Source: Felis catus (lineage: Eukaryota). From it: 64,000 bases of DNA. A model generated the notes under the pieces. It was given only the letters and a program-made list of their open reading frames with translations. It searched no databases and was not told the DNA's origin. Shown here in pieces: positions 1-12,775 of the stretch (within the stretch, counting starts at the first letter, position 1; each line of letters opens with the position of its first letter). The stretch covers positions 230,828,001 to 230,892,000 of the forward strand of contig NC_058368.1 in NCBI RefSeq assembly GCF_018350175.1. Direction: 5' to 3'. The position numbers were made by a program, and so were the translations under genes.

Positions 1-348
1 CCGACAGCGTGGCTCCCTCACTCCGGAGCTGGCCTGAGGCCACCTGGGGAGCTTGGTCCTGGCTTCTCACCTTAGCCTCCAACCCGTCCCCACCCCCAGT
101 TCCACACGCTGTGTCTTAGTCACATGGTGTCTTTGTGGAGAAAAGTGCTCCTCTGCACCGAACCTGTGTTTAACGGCTCTTAGTGGTTTCCTAGCAGGTG
201 AAAGCAGGGGTCATGACTAAAATGACCCAACTCCGGAGCTCGCTTTTCAGGTTCTGTGTGGAGCGGGCACTGGGGGACCCTGCCCAGCTCCTCCTTACGG
301 GCTGGTGGGCGCACCCATCCCCCCACTGCTGAGAAGAATGCTGCCTGG

Positions 349-748
349 TGTTATGGGGTGAATCGTGTTTTTCCTCCCCCCCCCCAAATGCCCCCGTTGC
401 ACACCTAACCCCAGTACCTCGTATTGTGACTTTCTTGGAGACGGGTCCTTACAGAGGTGATCAAGTTAAAATGAAGTCATTAGGGTGGGCCCTAACCCCG
501 TATGACTTGCTTCCTCATAGAAAGGAGACACAGACACGGAGAGGGAGGATGAGGCGAGGAGACGCAGGAGAAGGCGGCCCTGCTCAGGCCGCTGAGAAAA
601 GCCTGGAACGGATCCTGCCTCACCACCCTCAGAAGGGACCAGCCCTGCAGACACATTGATTTGGCCTTCAGAACCGGAAGACAGTAAATGTCTGTTGTGG
701 AAGCTTCTGGTCTGCGGCTCTTTGACGATAACCCCATGACACGACTGC
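349..748 (+). mobile_element. ERVL-MaLR solo LTR (MLT1-type)
   Basis: Starts TGTTATGGGGTGAAT. Contains cagaggtgatcaagttaaaatgaagtcattagggtgggccctaa and gacagtaaatgtctgttg, typical of MLT1. Confidence 0.8.
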
Positions 749-1236
749 GGGGGGTAACTCGCTCCTGTTCCTTCTCCTGAGCATCCCTGCTGTCCTGGCG
801 GATGTCACCCCGCCTGGCCACCCCCCACGGCCAGTGATCGGTGGCCATGGAAAGACAAAAGCCCAGCCTTCTTGCCTCAGAAGAAACCAACTGTGGGACA
901 TGACTCATGCTTCAGGGCCTCCCGTGGGATCGGGCTGAGGCTGGCCTCCAGTGGAGCCCACACCCTCGCTTAGCTGCCCCCATGCCCCACTTCGTCCCCA
1001 GATGCCTTGCTCCCTTGTCCCGAGAGCACTTCTTCAATCAACCCCCTGCACCAGCCTCCCCATATCAGGCTCTGCTTCCAGGAGCCGGACTCTAGACGCT
1101 TAGCAGCTGAGTGAGAGTGTCTGGGTGGGTGGGGTCTTTCCAGCACTCACCCCAACGTCACATCATCCCCACCTCCGCGTCTCCAGCTTGACTTCCTTCC
1201 TCCCAGAAACCTCATGGCTTTGACAGCCAGGACACT

Positions 1237-1270
1237 AGAAATCCAACAGAAATCCAACAGAAATCCAACA
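1237..1270. repeat. Perfect 11-bp tandem repeat (AGAAATCCAAC)x3
   Basis: Read directly. Confidence 0.95.
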
Positions 1271-2429
1271 CCATCGGGCATGTGCCAGGGACACAGAGCA
1301 CCCCCACCTCTCCGCTGAGCCACAAAGCAGAGCCCCAGGGACGCCAGCCCATTTTACTCCCCACTGAATTGCCACATTGCTGCTATGGCTCCTTCCCCCT
1401 TTTTTCAGCTTCGCGATGCATTTTAATGTGCCGCTGTGCCGGGGATGCCTGGGGATCATTAGAGAAGCTATTCAAGTCCCCGCGAGCAAGCCTCGCTAAT
1501 GGACAGATGAAGGGGAAAAGAAAGAAAAAAGAAAAGAAAAGGTGAGGGGCGAATCTTACTGGTTTAAGATTCGCTAGGGGAAGCATCCACCCGTTTTCCC
1601 ACCAGATTCACGTGGCTAACAGGTTTATCTCCCAGTTTTCTCTTGCAGTGAGAAGAAAGTGTTCTCTCTCAGTTTGCAGGCGTTTGGGGGGAGAGGTGTG
1701 ACTTTTGTGTTTTGTTTTCTTATTATTTTTCCTAACCTTTGATTGAGTGCCTCGCTCGAGTCCGGCCCCAAAAGCACATGGGAAGGGAGAGATTATATAA
1801 ATCACTTTCCCTTTGATTGTGTTCCAGCAGATCCAGGCAAACCCACACTTACGACTTACAAATGGTTTCCACGTGTCCGCAGAGTAGATGGTTTTCAGGG
1901 CGTACGCGTGCCCTTGGAAGCCTGCTGCTCCCTGCTGAAAACCGCTGTTCACTCTCTACTGAAGCATCGCAAAGGCAAGTCAATCCAGAGTAAAAAGACT
2001 TCAGAAGTTCCACTGTCCAGCCAGCCTTCCAAGGCAAAGCTTCTGGGGAGTTGTCTCCAGAGATCAAATGTTTCCCTTTCAGAAAACATTCTAGAATATT
2101 CAGCCAAAGTGCTATCTTGAATAGCCTGGGTTTTCAAATACAGCAGCAATACCAGGGGGAAGTCATTCTGTCTTTCTTCTGTTCAGGTTTCTTCCCAGGA
2201 TTTCACATCTTCCTCTGGGTCATATCAGAACTGACTCCCTTTTAGTCCTTCTTTTGGATTTCTTATTTTTACGGACACTGTTTTCATTGCTGGGCCCTAG
2301 TTTCGATCTAGTTTTCAGTCTGGCCTGTCATTGTAATTCTCCTCATATTTGTGAAAATACACTACGTATCTAACCATCCTCAACTGAAGATGGAAAGCTG
2401 AGCGAGATGTAGAGTCCATGCTCAAGAAT

Positions 2430-2846
2430 TTTACAGAATTAACAGAGGAGGTTAATCAACAACCCACTAAGTACAACGTGGGGCAGAATATGATGTCTAT
2501 CATGAGATTTTGCAAAGTGATGGGGGGTGTTGAGAGTGACCTACAGGAGGCATTCAGGCCAGGCTTTAGGAATGGACATAATTTCAACAGTTAGGCATGG
2601 GAGGGACATGGTTGGGGAATGCAAACATATTTTCTGGTGGGGGGGAGGACAATCTGTGCAAAGGTCCAGAGGTAGGGGAACACAGGTCATGGCCACTGCA
2701 CCGAAGCCAATCTAGTGTGAGCAAAGTATGGAGGGTGGATACACGAGCCGTGAAGACAGCAAAAATAGGTCAGTGCCACATCATAAGGTCCCTTAAAGGC
2801 CTGGGAGAAGAATTTTGCCCTAATGTTAAGAAACTGGAAGCCATTA
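2430..2846 (-). mobile_element. Ancient L2 fragment
   Basis: Diverged L2-like purine-rich sequence (tgtgcaaaggtccagaggtagg...cataaggtcccttaaaggcc...ggaagccatt). Confidence 0.5.
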
Positions 2847-2906
2847 GGGGTGCCTGGATGGCTCAGTCAGTTGAGCAGCCGAGTCTTGAATTGGGCTCAG
2901 ATCATT
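2847..2906 (+). mobile_element. Can-SINE 5' head only (3'-truncated)
   Basis: ggggtgcctggatggctcagtcagttgagc...ggctcagatcat, then homology stops. Confidence 0.8.
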
Positions 2907-3899
2907 AATGGGTCACATGGGCCACGGGGATGCGGCTATTAGCGGCCAATGCCCCCAGCAGCTCTTCTCCTCCTCGCTCGCCATCAGAATCCCAACTGTG
3001 TTCAGCAGTTGGAAGGCCCTGTGTCTGTGAGGACCAGGCTCTCTCTCCAGTCCCAGGACGAATCTTGATTGGTCTAAGCCAGTCACTACCATTTTATACC
3101 CCATGTAGGTAGCTGATTCAGGTTTGGAAGGGAGATGCAGTCATGGTCAAGTACGACGGGAGGGGGGGATCTGCTGCCAAACATCTGAGAAAGTATTCCC
3201 TGCTCGCAAAATAGGACTGTCAACTGGGTGCTATGCCTGGAGTTGCAGCAGCCATCTTTGAACGGTGAGGGAAGCCAGCCTAGCAGGACAAGTCAGGCCA
3301 CCAAGGACAGCAGAGGGGGCAGGGGTGGGGGGGTGAGTTGAGTCCCAGCTGATGTTGCTGTTAGCGTGTCTGTTGCTTGCAGCCAAAAGTACCCCAATCC
3401 GTGTAACTCTCACTGGTCCACGCGGAAGAGTTTGGCTCCCCTTCCTCTGGTGCATCTCCGTTGCCTTCACTCAGACTAGGAGCAGAGTCCGGAGGGCCCT
3501 CTCTGTACATCAGCCCTCACGCCACAGCAGGTTTCATATCCCTGAAACAGCTTCGCCTTGGAAGAACCTGGGAAAACAAGTACAAATTCCCGGGAGCCCA
3601 AGCGCACACGTTTCCTGCCGACTCCCTCCCAAGTTGGGCCTTCTGTTCTGGAGTGACTCACGTCGCTTTTCCCCTGGACTCTTTCCAATGTTTTCGGCGT
3701 CCTGGTGCTCATGTTTCTAAACCCCAGTGCAGAATCCCAACTGTGGGCTCGTCAGCTTTCTCCAGACTATGCTCTTGGTGTTTGCCAGGCATCTTTTCTG
3801 ACAGGAGTCACAATGCTTTTCTTCCCAGATCCAAGCTCCCTGCTGGACCTGAAATGGTAACAATCACAACAGTGCCTCACATAGCACTGCAGAGTTCAC

Positions 3900-4090
3900 A
3901 ATAGTTTGCAAAGCATTTCCACACATGCCACCTAATTGAATCCTTGCAATGAGGTAGGAGACAAGGAGAGCAGACAGAATTATTCCTACTTTAAGGGACG
4001 AGAAGCACATTTAGAGAGGATGACTGGTTGGGCCGGGGTCGAATGGCAGCTGGCACGGGTAGGATCGAGACCCAGTTAGACGGGGTGTCT
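3900..4090 (-). mobile_element. MIR SINE, diverged
   Basis: tttgcaaagcatttccacac...gaatccttgcaatgaggtagg...ttattcctactttaaggg, resembling the MIR core. Confidence 0.5.
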
Positions 4091-4583
4091 CTCCACCAAA
4101 TTCAACTCCACCAAGTTCAACTCTGTTCCAGTCTTCCCTTGGTGCTTGGCACTCTTGGGCTTGCCTGGACAGCCACAAGGATGAGGACTTTGTTCATGCT
4201 CCTGCTTAAAAGACACGGAAAGAGGTCCAATTGATGTCAGACACCAGTGATGGGATTCAAGCCACGTTTCACTGTTCATTTGTTACGTAAATTTAACGTG
4301 GTGCCAGGAATTTGATACAGTCTGCTCTTTGTTCTACTAGGAAGAAGGTCTTCGGTTTGTGTTTTCTTGAGCTCTGTAGAGGGAAATGGAAAGCGGGGAG
4401 TGGACGATGTTCAGTGGCAGTGAGGCACGGGCTTGGCACAGAGAGCAGAGGGAAAGGAGGACTGGAGAGGAAAGTCACACGGAAAGGGGAGGGTCACTGT
4501 GGTGCAACCAGGACCTGTTCGGTGAGCTGAATAAAAACTGAAAGCACTAGCCATATTTACCAAATGCTTATTGTGCTTGAAGC

Positions 4584-5030
4584 GTATCAGTTTGTTATTG
4601 ATGAGTGACAAAATGTCCCAAAGTTCTGTGCCTTAAAACTACAACTGTTTATCATTTCCGAGCTAGTTGTGTGGTTCCAGTGATCTGGGCCGGGCTGTTC
4701 TCGGCTTGGCATGCTCATGAGTCTGTGATCAGTGGGCAGGGTGGCTGGGGACATGCTGCTCTGGGGTGGCCGTGGCTGGGACAGTCGTCAAACAGGCTAG
4801 CCTAGCCATGTCCTCGTGGCAAAGTAGCCCAGTGTGAGAAAGAACAGAAGTTACGCAAGGTCCCTGCCACACTGTCCCATCTGCCGTCTTTGAGACAATG
4901 CAAGTCTCACGGTGACCTACACTCAGGGGTCGGGGAATAGATATCACATCTTGATAAACAGGGCAGCAAAGTCACTTGACGAAGGGCTTGGGAAGTGGGA
5001 GGGGTAAGGAATTGAGATCCATTCCACAGG
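4584..5030 (-). mobile_element. ERVL-MaLR solo LTR (old MLT1)
   Basis: tatcagtt...gtgacaaaatgtcccaaagttctgtgccttaaaactacaactgtttatcattt, the reverse-strand MLT1 3' end. Confidence 0.6.
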
Positions 5031-6062
5031 TTGAATTGTGAGGGCTGAGAGAAAACCATGTGTAAGATCATCCTAATCCTACCATGTGGGAAATAGTTAC
5101 AGGTTGGTCTGGTGACCTGTAAATGCTTGCTGAGTAGGACCACTGGAAAGACATCATTTGAGACCTTGTTGATGATTCCGAGGTCAAGGGGATATATTTT
5201 TGTGTGAGAGAGGATAGACGTCCACACACCTAAAAAATAAAAGAGCAGATCAAGAACGATGGCTTTGGCCAAGGTCAGGGCTACTAGCACCTGGAACAAG
5301 GCCGCTCAGGAGGTTTGGAACATTCACCATATCCAGTAGCTTATGCTCAACATATGAAGAGGTCTTGGCACACATCATTGTGTGTGACCCCACACCTTGT
5401 GACCCCACAAGGTGAGGAACATTCTAAGATTTCTCTCTGAGTTTGATTCAGGAAACTTTTGAGCGCTCTGATGGAGAAAGCAGCTGTCAGGTACACGTGA
5501 GATGTGTCGTATAAGAACACTCCTCCCACCGAAGCAAAGGGAAAAGGAGTACATCTTATACTTTGCATCCCACCAAAGAACATCCTTCTTTCCAACCAAG
5601 CCCCTCAGAGATCTAGAATACTTCAAGCCTTGACATTCTTCTGTTCAAGACTGAAACGAGCCATTAGAAACAGATAATATCTGGAATATGTTATTCCCAA
5701 CATATTTTTGTGATTACCTAAGTACCAATAGTCAAAATTTTTACGGAATGCTGAAGAGCAGCCTCGCTCTGACATCTGTTAACAGTAAGCAAGTGGAACA
5801 AAAGTGGACGTCTCTCAATGATTCCAATCATGTCACTGCCTTGTCCACGGTGAACATTTTTATGATTCAGTAGAAAGTGCTGCCTTTAGAACAACGACTT
5901 ACCAGGAGGAAGATGGGGAATCGGCCTGAAGCCCCTGCTAAAAATCAAAAATTTATGAAATTCATAAACTTGTAAAATGTTAGCATATTCCCTTTTACTA
6001 GCAGGCAGTAAAGCGACAGCGATGCTCAGACAGACAAGTGGTTCCAGTTAAGAAAAGGAACA

Positions 6063-6280
6063 GGGGCGCCTGGGTGGCTCAGTCGGTTAAGCGTCCAACT
6101 TTGGCTCAGGTCATAATTTCGTGGGTTCGAGCCCCACGTCGGGCTTTGTGCTGACAGCTGAGTCTGGAACCTGCTTCAGATTCTGTGTCTCCCTCTCTCT
6201 CTGTTCCTCCCCCACTCTCTCTCTCTCTCAAAAGTAGATAAACATTTTAAAAATTCAAAAAAAAAGAAAGAAAGAAAGAA
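6063..6280 (+). mobile_element. Can-SINE
   Basis: ggggcgcctgggtggctcagtcggttaagcg head, ggttcgagccc B box, (CT)n tract, A-rich tail. Confidence 0.95.
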
Positions 6281-6371
6281 ACTGGAGCCAACCCACACCA
6301 AGACCCTCACGTTGGCCTGGGAAGGAAGGATTCTGCTGGTTATGTTTGACACACAAAATGGTTTGAAGAGA

Positions 6372-6595
6372 GGCGTACCTGGTGGCTCAGTCGGTTAAGC
6401 ACCCGATCTCAGCTCAGGTCATGATCTCACAGTTCATGAGTTCAAGCCCTGCATCAGACTCTGCAAGGAAACCGCCTGAGATTCTCTCTCTCCCTCTCTC
6501 TGCCCCCCCCCCCCAGCTCCCTCATGCACACATGCTCTCTCTCTCTCCCTCTCTCAGAATAAAAAACAAAAACAAAAAAAGAATATTTAAAAAAA
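6372..6595 (+). mobile_element. Can-SINE (older)
   Basis: tRNA-like head, (CT)n tract, A tail. Degenerate TSD aaaatggtttgaagagag / aaaatgcgttgaagcgag. Confidence 0.9.
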
Positions 6596-6689
6596 TGCGT
6601 TGAAGCGAGTCGCTTTAGGGATCTCAGAACCCTGCAAATAAACAGAAAGATCGCTTCTGGCCTCCAGAGAAGACAGAAGTGTGGCTGAG

Positions 6690-6900
6690 AGTCTGGAAAC
6701 TTGGCTTCCACACCTGCCTCTGCTACTTGCTGACTGTTAGATTTGGGGCCAGTTGCTTCGTGTCTTGGGATCTCAGTTTCCCCCAACACTTAAGTGGGAT
6801 TATAAAGGACCTACCCCAGTGGATCCCTGTGAGGTTTAGTGATGTGTAAGGATTGTAGAGCAAAGAGGCAAACCGTAACAAGGGCATGTAAGGACTGGAA
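6690..6900 (+). mobile_element. MIR SINE
   Basis: ctctgctacttgctgactgt...tctcagtttcccc...gggattataaaggacctacc...gtgaggtttagtgatgtgtaagg, the MIR core. Confidence 0.6.
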
Positions 6901-7449
6901 CAACACAGCCTCGGGGCACAAAGAGGAGGCGGGGCTCCTGCCCACATCTCTAACTCTGGGCGATGACTCAGGCCTGAGAGCCTGAACAGTAGCTGCAGTG
7001 GCCAGACAACAACCAAGGGCTGGACAAAGGCGCAGGGACCTGAGGTCAGTCTTCATTTTCATTGATGAGGAAAAAGAAGCCCAGCTGGAAGGTTCCAGAG
7101 AAGCCCCGAGGCTCCGACATACAGCCAGCCCTCAACTCCCACCATTGCCAGGCAAATAGGCAGCACTAACACTCCCTCCTCCTTCATCCTCCACCTGCCT
7201 CCCCTTTGGGCACCGTTTCCTCCTTAAAAGTTCCTGAATATTAAGTTTAACAGACAGGAAGGAGCAGTGGGCAAGAAAAGGGGGACTGACGTGACCAGAG
7301 TCGCGCCCGTCCTCATATTTTTCCAGATGGCCATTCCTCACTCCCACAAAGCCATGCACGGCCCTGAGGAGCTCTTTGCCATGGCTCGTGAACGCCCAGC
7401 CCGATCCAAGGGGGGCTGCTGTATGCACTCGCTTTCAGGAGCTGCGGGG

Positions 7450-7630
7450 CACATGTACACGCACACACACACGCTCACACACCCCTCACACGTACACACA
7501 GACACCTGCATGAATGCACACACGTGCACACACACAGGTTCAACCACACAGGCACACACATAGGGGCACACACAGCTTCTCACATACAGATACAGGTTTG
7601 CACATACACACACGCGCACACACACACGGG
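7450..7630. repeat. Degenerate (CA)n-rich low-complexity tract
   Basis: Read directly. Source of the HT/CV-rich spurious ORFs. Confidence 0.9.
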
Positions 7631-7806
7631 CACAGCGACAGCTTCCAGCTGAGTGGGGGCAGCAGTGATGGCAATCATAATGCCCAGCTTACTCACCTGC
7701 TTGTAAACCCCCAGACCAGGTTCCCAGACAGTGACTTGCTTTTGTTCATATATTTTTTGAAAATATGACTCATGTATAATTAGTATCATTTTGATGAAAA
7801 TATTTC

Positions 7807-8027
7807 CTTTTTTTTTAATTTTTTTTAACGTTTATTTATTTTTGAGACAGAGAGAGACAGAGCATGAACGGGGGAGCGTCAGAGAGAGGGAGACACAGAA
7901 TCTGAAACAGGCTCCGGGCTCTGAGCTGTCAGCACAGAGCCGGACGCGGGGCTCGAACTCACAGACCGCAAGATCATGACCTGAGCCGAAGTCGGCCGCC
8001 CAACCGACTGAGCCACCCAGGCGCCCC
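7807..8027 (-). mobile_element. Can-SINE (felid-type), full length
   Basis: Perfect 16-bp TSD ttgatgaaaatatttc at 7791-7806 and 8028-8043. Confidence 0.97.
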
Positions 8028-8124
8028 TTGATGAAAATATTTCTGAAGAAAACAAAATATTCCAATCTAAGCCTCCAGCAACTAAATTTAAGTAGCGTTC
8101 ATCTGTATAACAACTTAACAAATA

Positions 8125-10140
8125 TTTTTTTTTGTTGTTTCAAGTTTCTATGTAAATTCTAGTTAGTCAACATGTAGTGTAATATTAGTTTCAGGCACAG
8201 AATTTAGTGATTCATCACTTGCATACAGCACCCAGTGCTTATCAATCACCAGGACCCTCCTTAATGCCCATCCCCCATCTAGCCCATTGCCCCACCCACC
8301 TCCCCTCCAGCAACCTTCGGTTTGTTCTCTATAGTTAAGAGTTTGTTTTATGGTTTGCCTCTCTCTTTTTTCCCCTGTGTTCATCTGCTTTGTTTCTTAA
8401 ATTCCACATATGAGTGAAATCATTCGGTATTTGTCTTTCTCTGACTTATTTTGCTTCGTTTAATACACTCCAGCTCCATCCACATCTTTGCAAAATGGCG
8501 AGATTTCATTCTTTTCACGACTGAGTAATATTCCATTGTATATCCATAACACATGTTCTTTATCCATTTATCAGTCGATGGATATTTGGGCTCTTTCCAT
8601 AATACAGCTCTTGTTGACAATGCTGCTATAAACCTCAGGGTGCAGGTACCCCTTCAAATCAGTAGTTTTGTATCCTTTGGGTAAACACCTAGTGGTTCAA
8701 TTGCTGGGTCATAAGGTAGTTCTATTTTTAAGTTTTGAGGAACCTCCATACTGTTTTCCAGAGTGGCTGCACCAGTTTGCATTCCCACCAACAGTGTAAG
8801 AGGGTTCCTGTCTCTCTGCATCCTCACCAGCACCTGTTGTTTCCTGAGTTGTTAATTTTAGCCATTCTGACAGGTGTGAGGTGATAGCTTATTGTGGTTT
8901 TGATTTGTATTTCCCTGATGATGAGTGATGTTGAGCATCTTTTCATGTGCCTGATAGCCATCTGGATGTCTTCATTGGACAAATGTCTGTTCATGCCTTC
9001 TGCCCATTTCTTAATTGGATTGTTTGTTTTTTGGGTGTTGAGTTTGGTAAGTTATTTATAGATTTTTGGATACTAACCCTTTATCTGATATATCATTTGC
9101 AAATACCATCTCCCATCCCACTGGTTGCCTTTTAGTTTTGTTGGTTGTTGCCTTCACTGTGCAGACGCTTTTTATCTTGATGAGGTCCCAACCGTTCATG
9201 TGTGCTTTTGTTTCCCTTGCCTCCGGAGATGTGTCTAGTAAGAAGTTGCTACGGCCACGGTCAAAGAGGTTGCTGCCTCTGACTTCCTCTAGGATTTGAT
9301 GGTTTTCCTGTCTCACATTTAACTCTTTCGTCCATTTTGAATTTATTTTTATGTATGGCATAAAAAGGGGTCCGGTTTCATTCTTTTGCATGTCGCTATC
9401 CAGTTTTCTCAACACCATTTGTTGAAGAGACTATCTTTTTTCCATTGGATATTTTTTCCTGCTTTGTCAAAGATGAGTTGGCCATATAGTTATGGGTCAA
9501 TTTCTGGGTTTTCTATTGTGTTCCATTGATCTCTGTGTTCGTTTTTGTGCCAGTACCATACTGTCTTGATGACTAAAACTTTGTAATGTAGCTTTAAGTC
9601 CAGAATTGTGATACCTCCTGCTTTGCTTTTCTTTTTCAAGATTGCTTTGGCTATTTGGGGTCTTTTGTGGTTCCATACAAATCTTAAGATTGTTTATTCT
9701 AGCTCTGTGAAGAATTCTGGTGTTATTTTGATGGGGATTGCATTAAATGTGTAGAGTCCTTTGGATAATATAGACATTTAAAACATTTTTGTTCTTCCAA
9801 CCCATGAGCATGGAATTTTTTTCCATTTCTTTGCGTCCTCTTCCGTTTCTCTCACAAGTGTTCTATAGTTTTCAGAGTAGAAATCTTTTACCTCTTTGCT
9901 TAGATTTATGTCTAGATATCTTATGGTTTGGGGTGCAATTGTAAATGGGATCGATTCTGATTTTCTGCTCCTTCATTATTGGTGTATAAAAATGCAACCA
10001 ATTTCTGTACATTGATTTTGTATCCTGTGACTGTACTGAATTTGTGTGTTAGCTGATGCTCCATTAGCATGACACATGATTCCCCGTCACCTTACTTTCA
10101 ACCTGCAGGTGTCTCGAGGTCTAAAATGAGACTCATGTAG
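8125..10140 (-). mobile_element. Carnivore L1, decayed: 3'UTR, ORF2 C-terminal part and a short endonuclease-region piece
   Basis: Poly-T tail at ~8125. Minus-strand ORFs carry ORF2 motifs (KINSKWTKELNVR, WDLIKIKSVCT, WKEPKYPSTDKWIK) with many stops and frameshifts. Confidence 0.95.
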
Positions 10141-10214
10141 TCCCAACAGTGACTTTCCGTCCAACACTTATAACGTGTCCTCCACGGTTTGTCGCCAAGA
10201 TTTGACACCATAGG

Positions 10215-10440
10215 CGCTGGAGGACCATCAGTATTTAACATGGGTTCCCAAGGTGGGAGAGGGGCAGGGAGAAGGCCCTGGCTTGTAGGATTTGTTGATT
10301 TCTGTGGTGTAGAAACTCCCTCAAGGTCAGTTTCAAGCTACCAGCATGACATCACTGAAAGTCAGGTTGGGAGAGACACCAGCAAAGACAGCTCCAGGAG
10401 CTCCGGCAATGGTTCAGGGGCCAGAGAGGCACCAGTGTGA
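10215..10440 (+). mobile_element. hAT DNA transposon fossil (MER63-like)
   Basis: tttctgtggtgtagaaactccc...tttcaagctaccagcatgacatcactgaa...gttgggagag matches the MER63 consensus as I recall it. Confidence 0.5.
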
Positions 10441-11879
10441 ACCACAGGAGCAGATGTCTTCCCGGTCAGAGACCATGATACCAAACCCCAGGAAGAAACA
10501 AAACCAAAACACCTTCCCAGCTACAGCCCAAAGTTTATTTGTTCAGTTGACAATATTTACTCAAGCAAACTAAAACTATAGAAGAATATTAGGGAAGAGA
10601 AAACCTTCCTTTTGACTTTTGGCGAAACCTACAGTTAACAAATTTAGAACGTTTTTCTCTCCAGAAACCGGCAGAATAAGTATTACTGGGCAATCTCTGG
10701 CAGTCATCATTTCTTATGGAATTTTTTTTAATCTTTTTGAGTCTGGTTTAAAGTTACTTCAAACAGCTTTATAGCACACAAAGTCAGAAAAGAAGAAGAA
10801 CTTACTGGAAACACACCCAAATCTAAGCAAGGCCAGTGTGGAAGGATCCTCTGACTAATGTGTGTAGTTTTGCACAAGGGACTAAGGGACATCGGAAGCT
10901 TTGGGAATGATTACCTGGGGTGAGCACACACACCTGCCCCCTTTCCCAAGAAACCACCAAGTCCTACTGCGAGGACAGCCCTGGGCCATTATTCTGCAAA
11001 ATCCTCATCAAACAATTTCTTTTCATTCCTGCTTTAGCTCGGTTGTTTCCTGCTCACATTTTTATTAGGTTTTCTGAATGTAAACCTGAGATGACTCCCA
11101 GTGCAAACAGAGAAGCTTCTGTTACAGTCCATTTGAAAAGCTGCCCACTGGAATAGAGAAAGAGAAAACACATTTTCGTATTTACCCAAAAGCAATGGAG
11201 CCTCAAACAATAAGTTAAGATTATAATATTCTTGAGGGAGGCGAATTCTCTATTCCAATATAAACTCTACAATTGGTTATCTCTATACCATTAAGGAAGT
11301 GTCCCAGCCGAATGAGCTAAATACACTCTGGATGGCCGAGATCATTTACAGAATAGCAATCAAAACAAAGGCAAAAGAGAGATAAAAATAGAACACCTCT
11401 CGCTGACAGCAACCCCCAAGCAGAAAGCTATAAACCTATTAGGAGTGTGGGTTTAACTTCTCATCCTTCAGGAGTTTATTAATGAAGCCATGTGGCTATG
11501 AGAGCTTGGATTTATGAGGCACAGGCTTCAAGACTCATACTTAGACACTGAAACTCAGAAAGGTGAACTTTCAGCGACGTTATCACTGCAGGTATGTGCA
11601 GAAGTGAGGATCAAACCCTGGTCCTTCTGTCTTCAAGGTCAATTCTCATTCCAGCAGATCAGAAGGGAGTGGGGAGGCCACAGCACCAAAGCATTCTTTC
11701 CATAGCATGCCTTTGAAAACTAAAATTCCCCTTGTGAATTCGTGAGATATGAGCGTTCTATTTTGTGCCACCTCTAGAAACTTGTGTGTTGAGTGAACTG
11801 AAGCACATCTGCTTTTTGGGCAACTGGGAGTTGAAGAGGGGTAAAGGAAGATGTAGCCTAATGTTCACCAGAAGGCTAA

Positions 11880-12090
11880 GGCATGAGGGTCCTGGAGTTG
11901 ATTCTTTCTTCCAACATTTTGGAGCTGTGCAATCCTGGGCAAGTTACTTAACCTATATGAATCTTAGTTGTCCTCATCTAAGAAATGGGGATAATAAGTA
12001 TCATCATATGTAACAGGCATCACCCTGTTGAGAGTGTTCAGTGATATAAACCAGGCACGTGGTAAAGAGTCAGAGGTTATCAGCTATCAT
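11880..12090 (+). mobile_element. MIR SINE
   Basis: gctgtgcaatcctgggcaagttacttaacctatatgaatcttagttgtcctcatctaagaaatggggataata, the MIR core. Confidence 0.75.
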
Positions 12091-12091
12091 T

Positions 12092-12243
12092 TCTGTTCTC
12101 CATTGGCCCGAAAATGTGCTTCCCCACTTCCCCACATTTTAACATTTCTTCAGTGAAACTGACAGTCTGCAGCATCCTAGCATTGTGTCAAATTTTAATG
12201 GCACATCTTGCAATCAATGGAGTCTCGCTTTCATGAAATACGG
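12092..12243. mobile_element. TcMar-Tc2 DNA transposon fossil (MER104/Kanga-like)
   Basis: cacattttaacatttct...catcttgcaatcaatgg...catgaaatacgg terminal signature. Confidence 0.45.
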
Positions 12244-12555
12244 CGTTATAATTATCAGTACTATTATCGCCAGAGATTTGACCATAAAATAATAATGAGA
12301 CTGCTTCCACGAGCTGTGGACAATAAGCAGCCTTATTATTTTATAATAGCATGGCAGATTTCCCAGCTAGAAGACTCTCCTGGGGGCCACTGTGCAATGG
12401 CTAAGATGGATGAATGTTGCCTTCTGGCAGTAACAGACTTTCAAGAGATCTGTCTGACTTTAAGCAAGTGCAAGATACGAAAATCCACATTTCTATTGAA
12501 AAACTAATTAGAAGGTAATACTGTAAAATAGAAGAATGCTAAAAGTACCCATTTA

Positions 12556-12775
12556 GGCACATTTCTCAACCTTTATTCTCCACCCCCCGTCATGAGCCGT
12601 TTAAGACATTTTTGTTCAAATCCCTTCCCCCGATGAAATTTTAATGTTAAAGACACACTGTCTATCTATGTATTGGATGCATATCTGTGCTTGACACATA
12701 AAAACCTGTATGAACAATGTACAAAGGAGTATGACTTTTATGCTCTCTTGAGGATTCCCCTTTGAGAATGCATGG
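12556..12775. mobile_element. hAT-Charlie family DNA transposon fossil
   Basis: Ends cacatttctcaa ... ttgagaatgcatg form an imperfect TIR pair. Internal gatgaaattttaat...atatctgtgct. Confidence 0.45.

Noticed and set aside
2088..2102. Three-unit heat-shock element aTTCtaGAAtaTTCa
   Set aside because: A 9-position pattern is expected about 0.5 times by chance in 64 kb, so it is not informative alone.
6063..6140. tRNA-like A/B boxes here and in other SINE heads as tRNA genes
   Set aside because: They are the tRNA-derived heads of Can-SINEs, followed by (CT)n, A tails and TSDs.
7267..7768. His/Thr- and Cys/Val-rich ORFs
   Set aside because: Translations of (CA)n/(TG)n low-complexity tracts.
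12180..12245. Apparent conserved AT-rich element
   Set aside because: Better explained as the terminus of a Tc2-type DNA transposon fossil.
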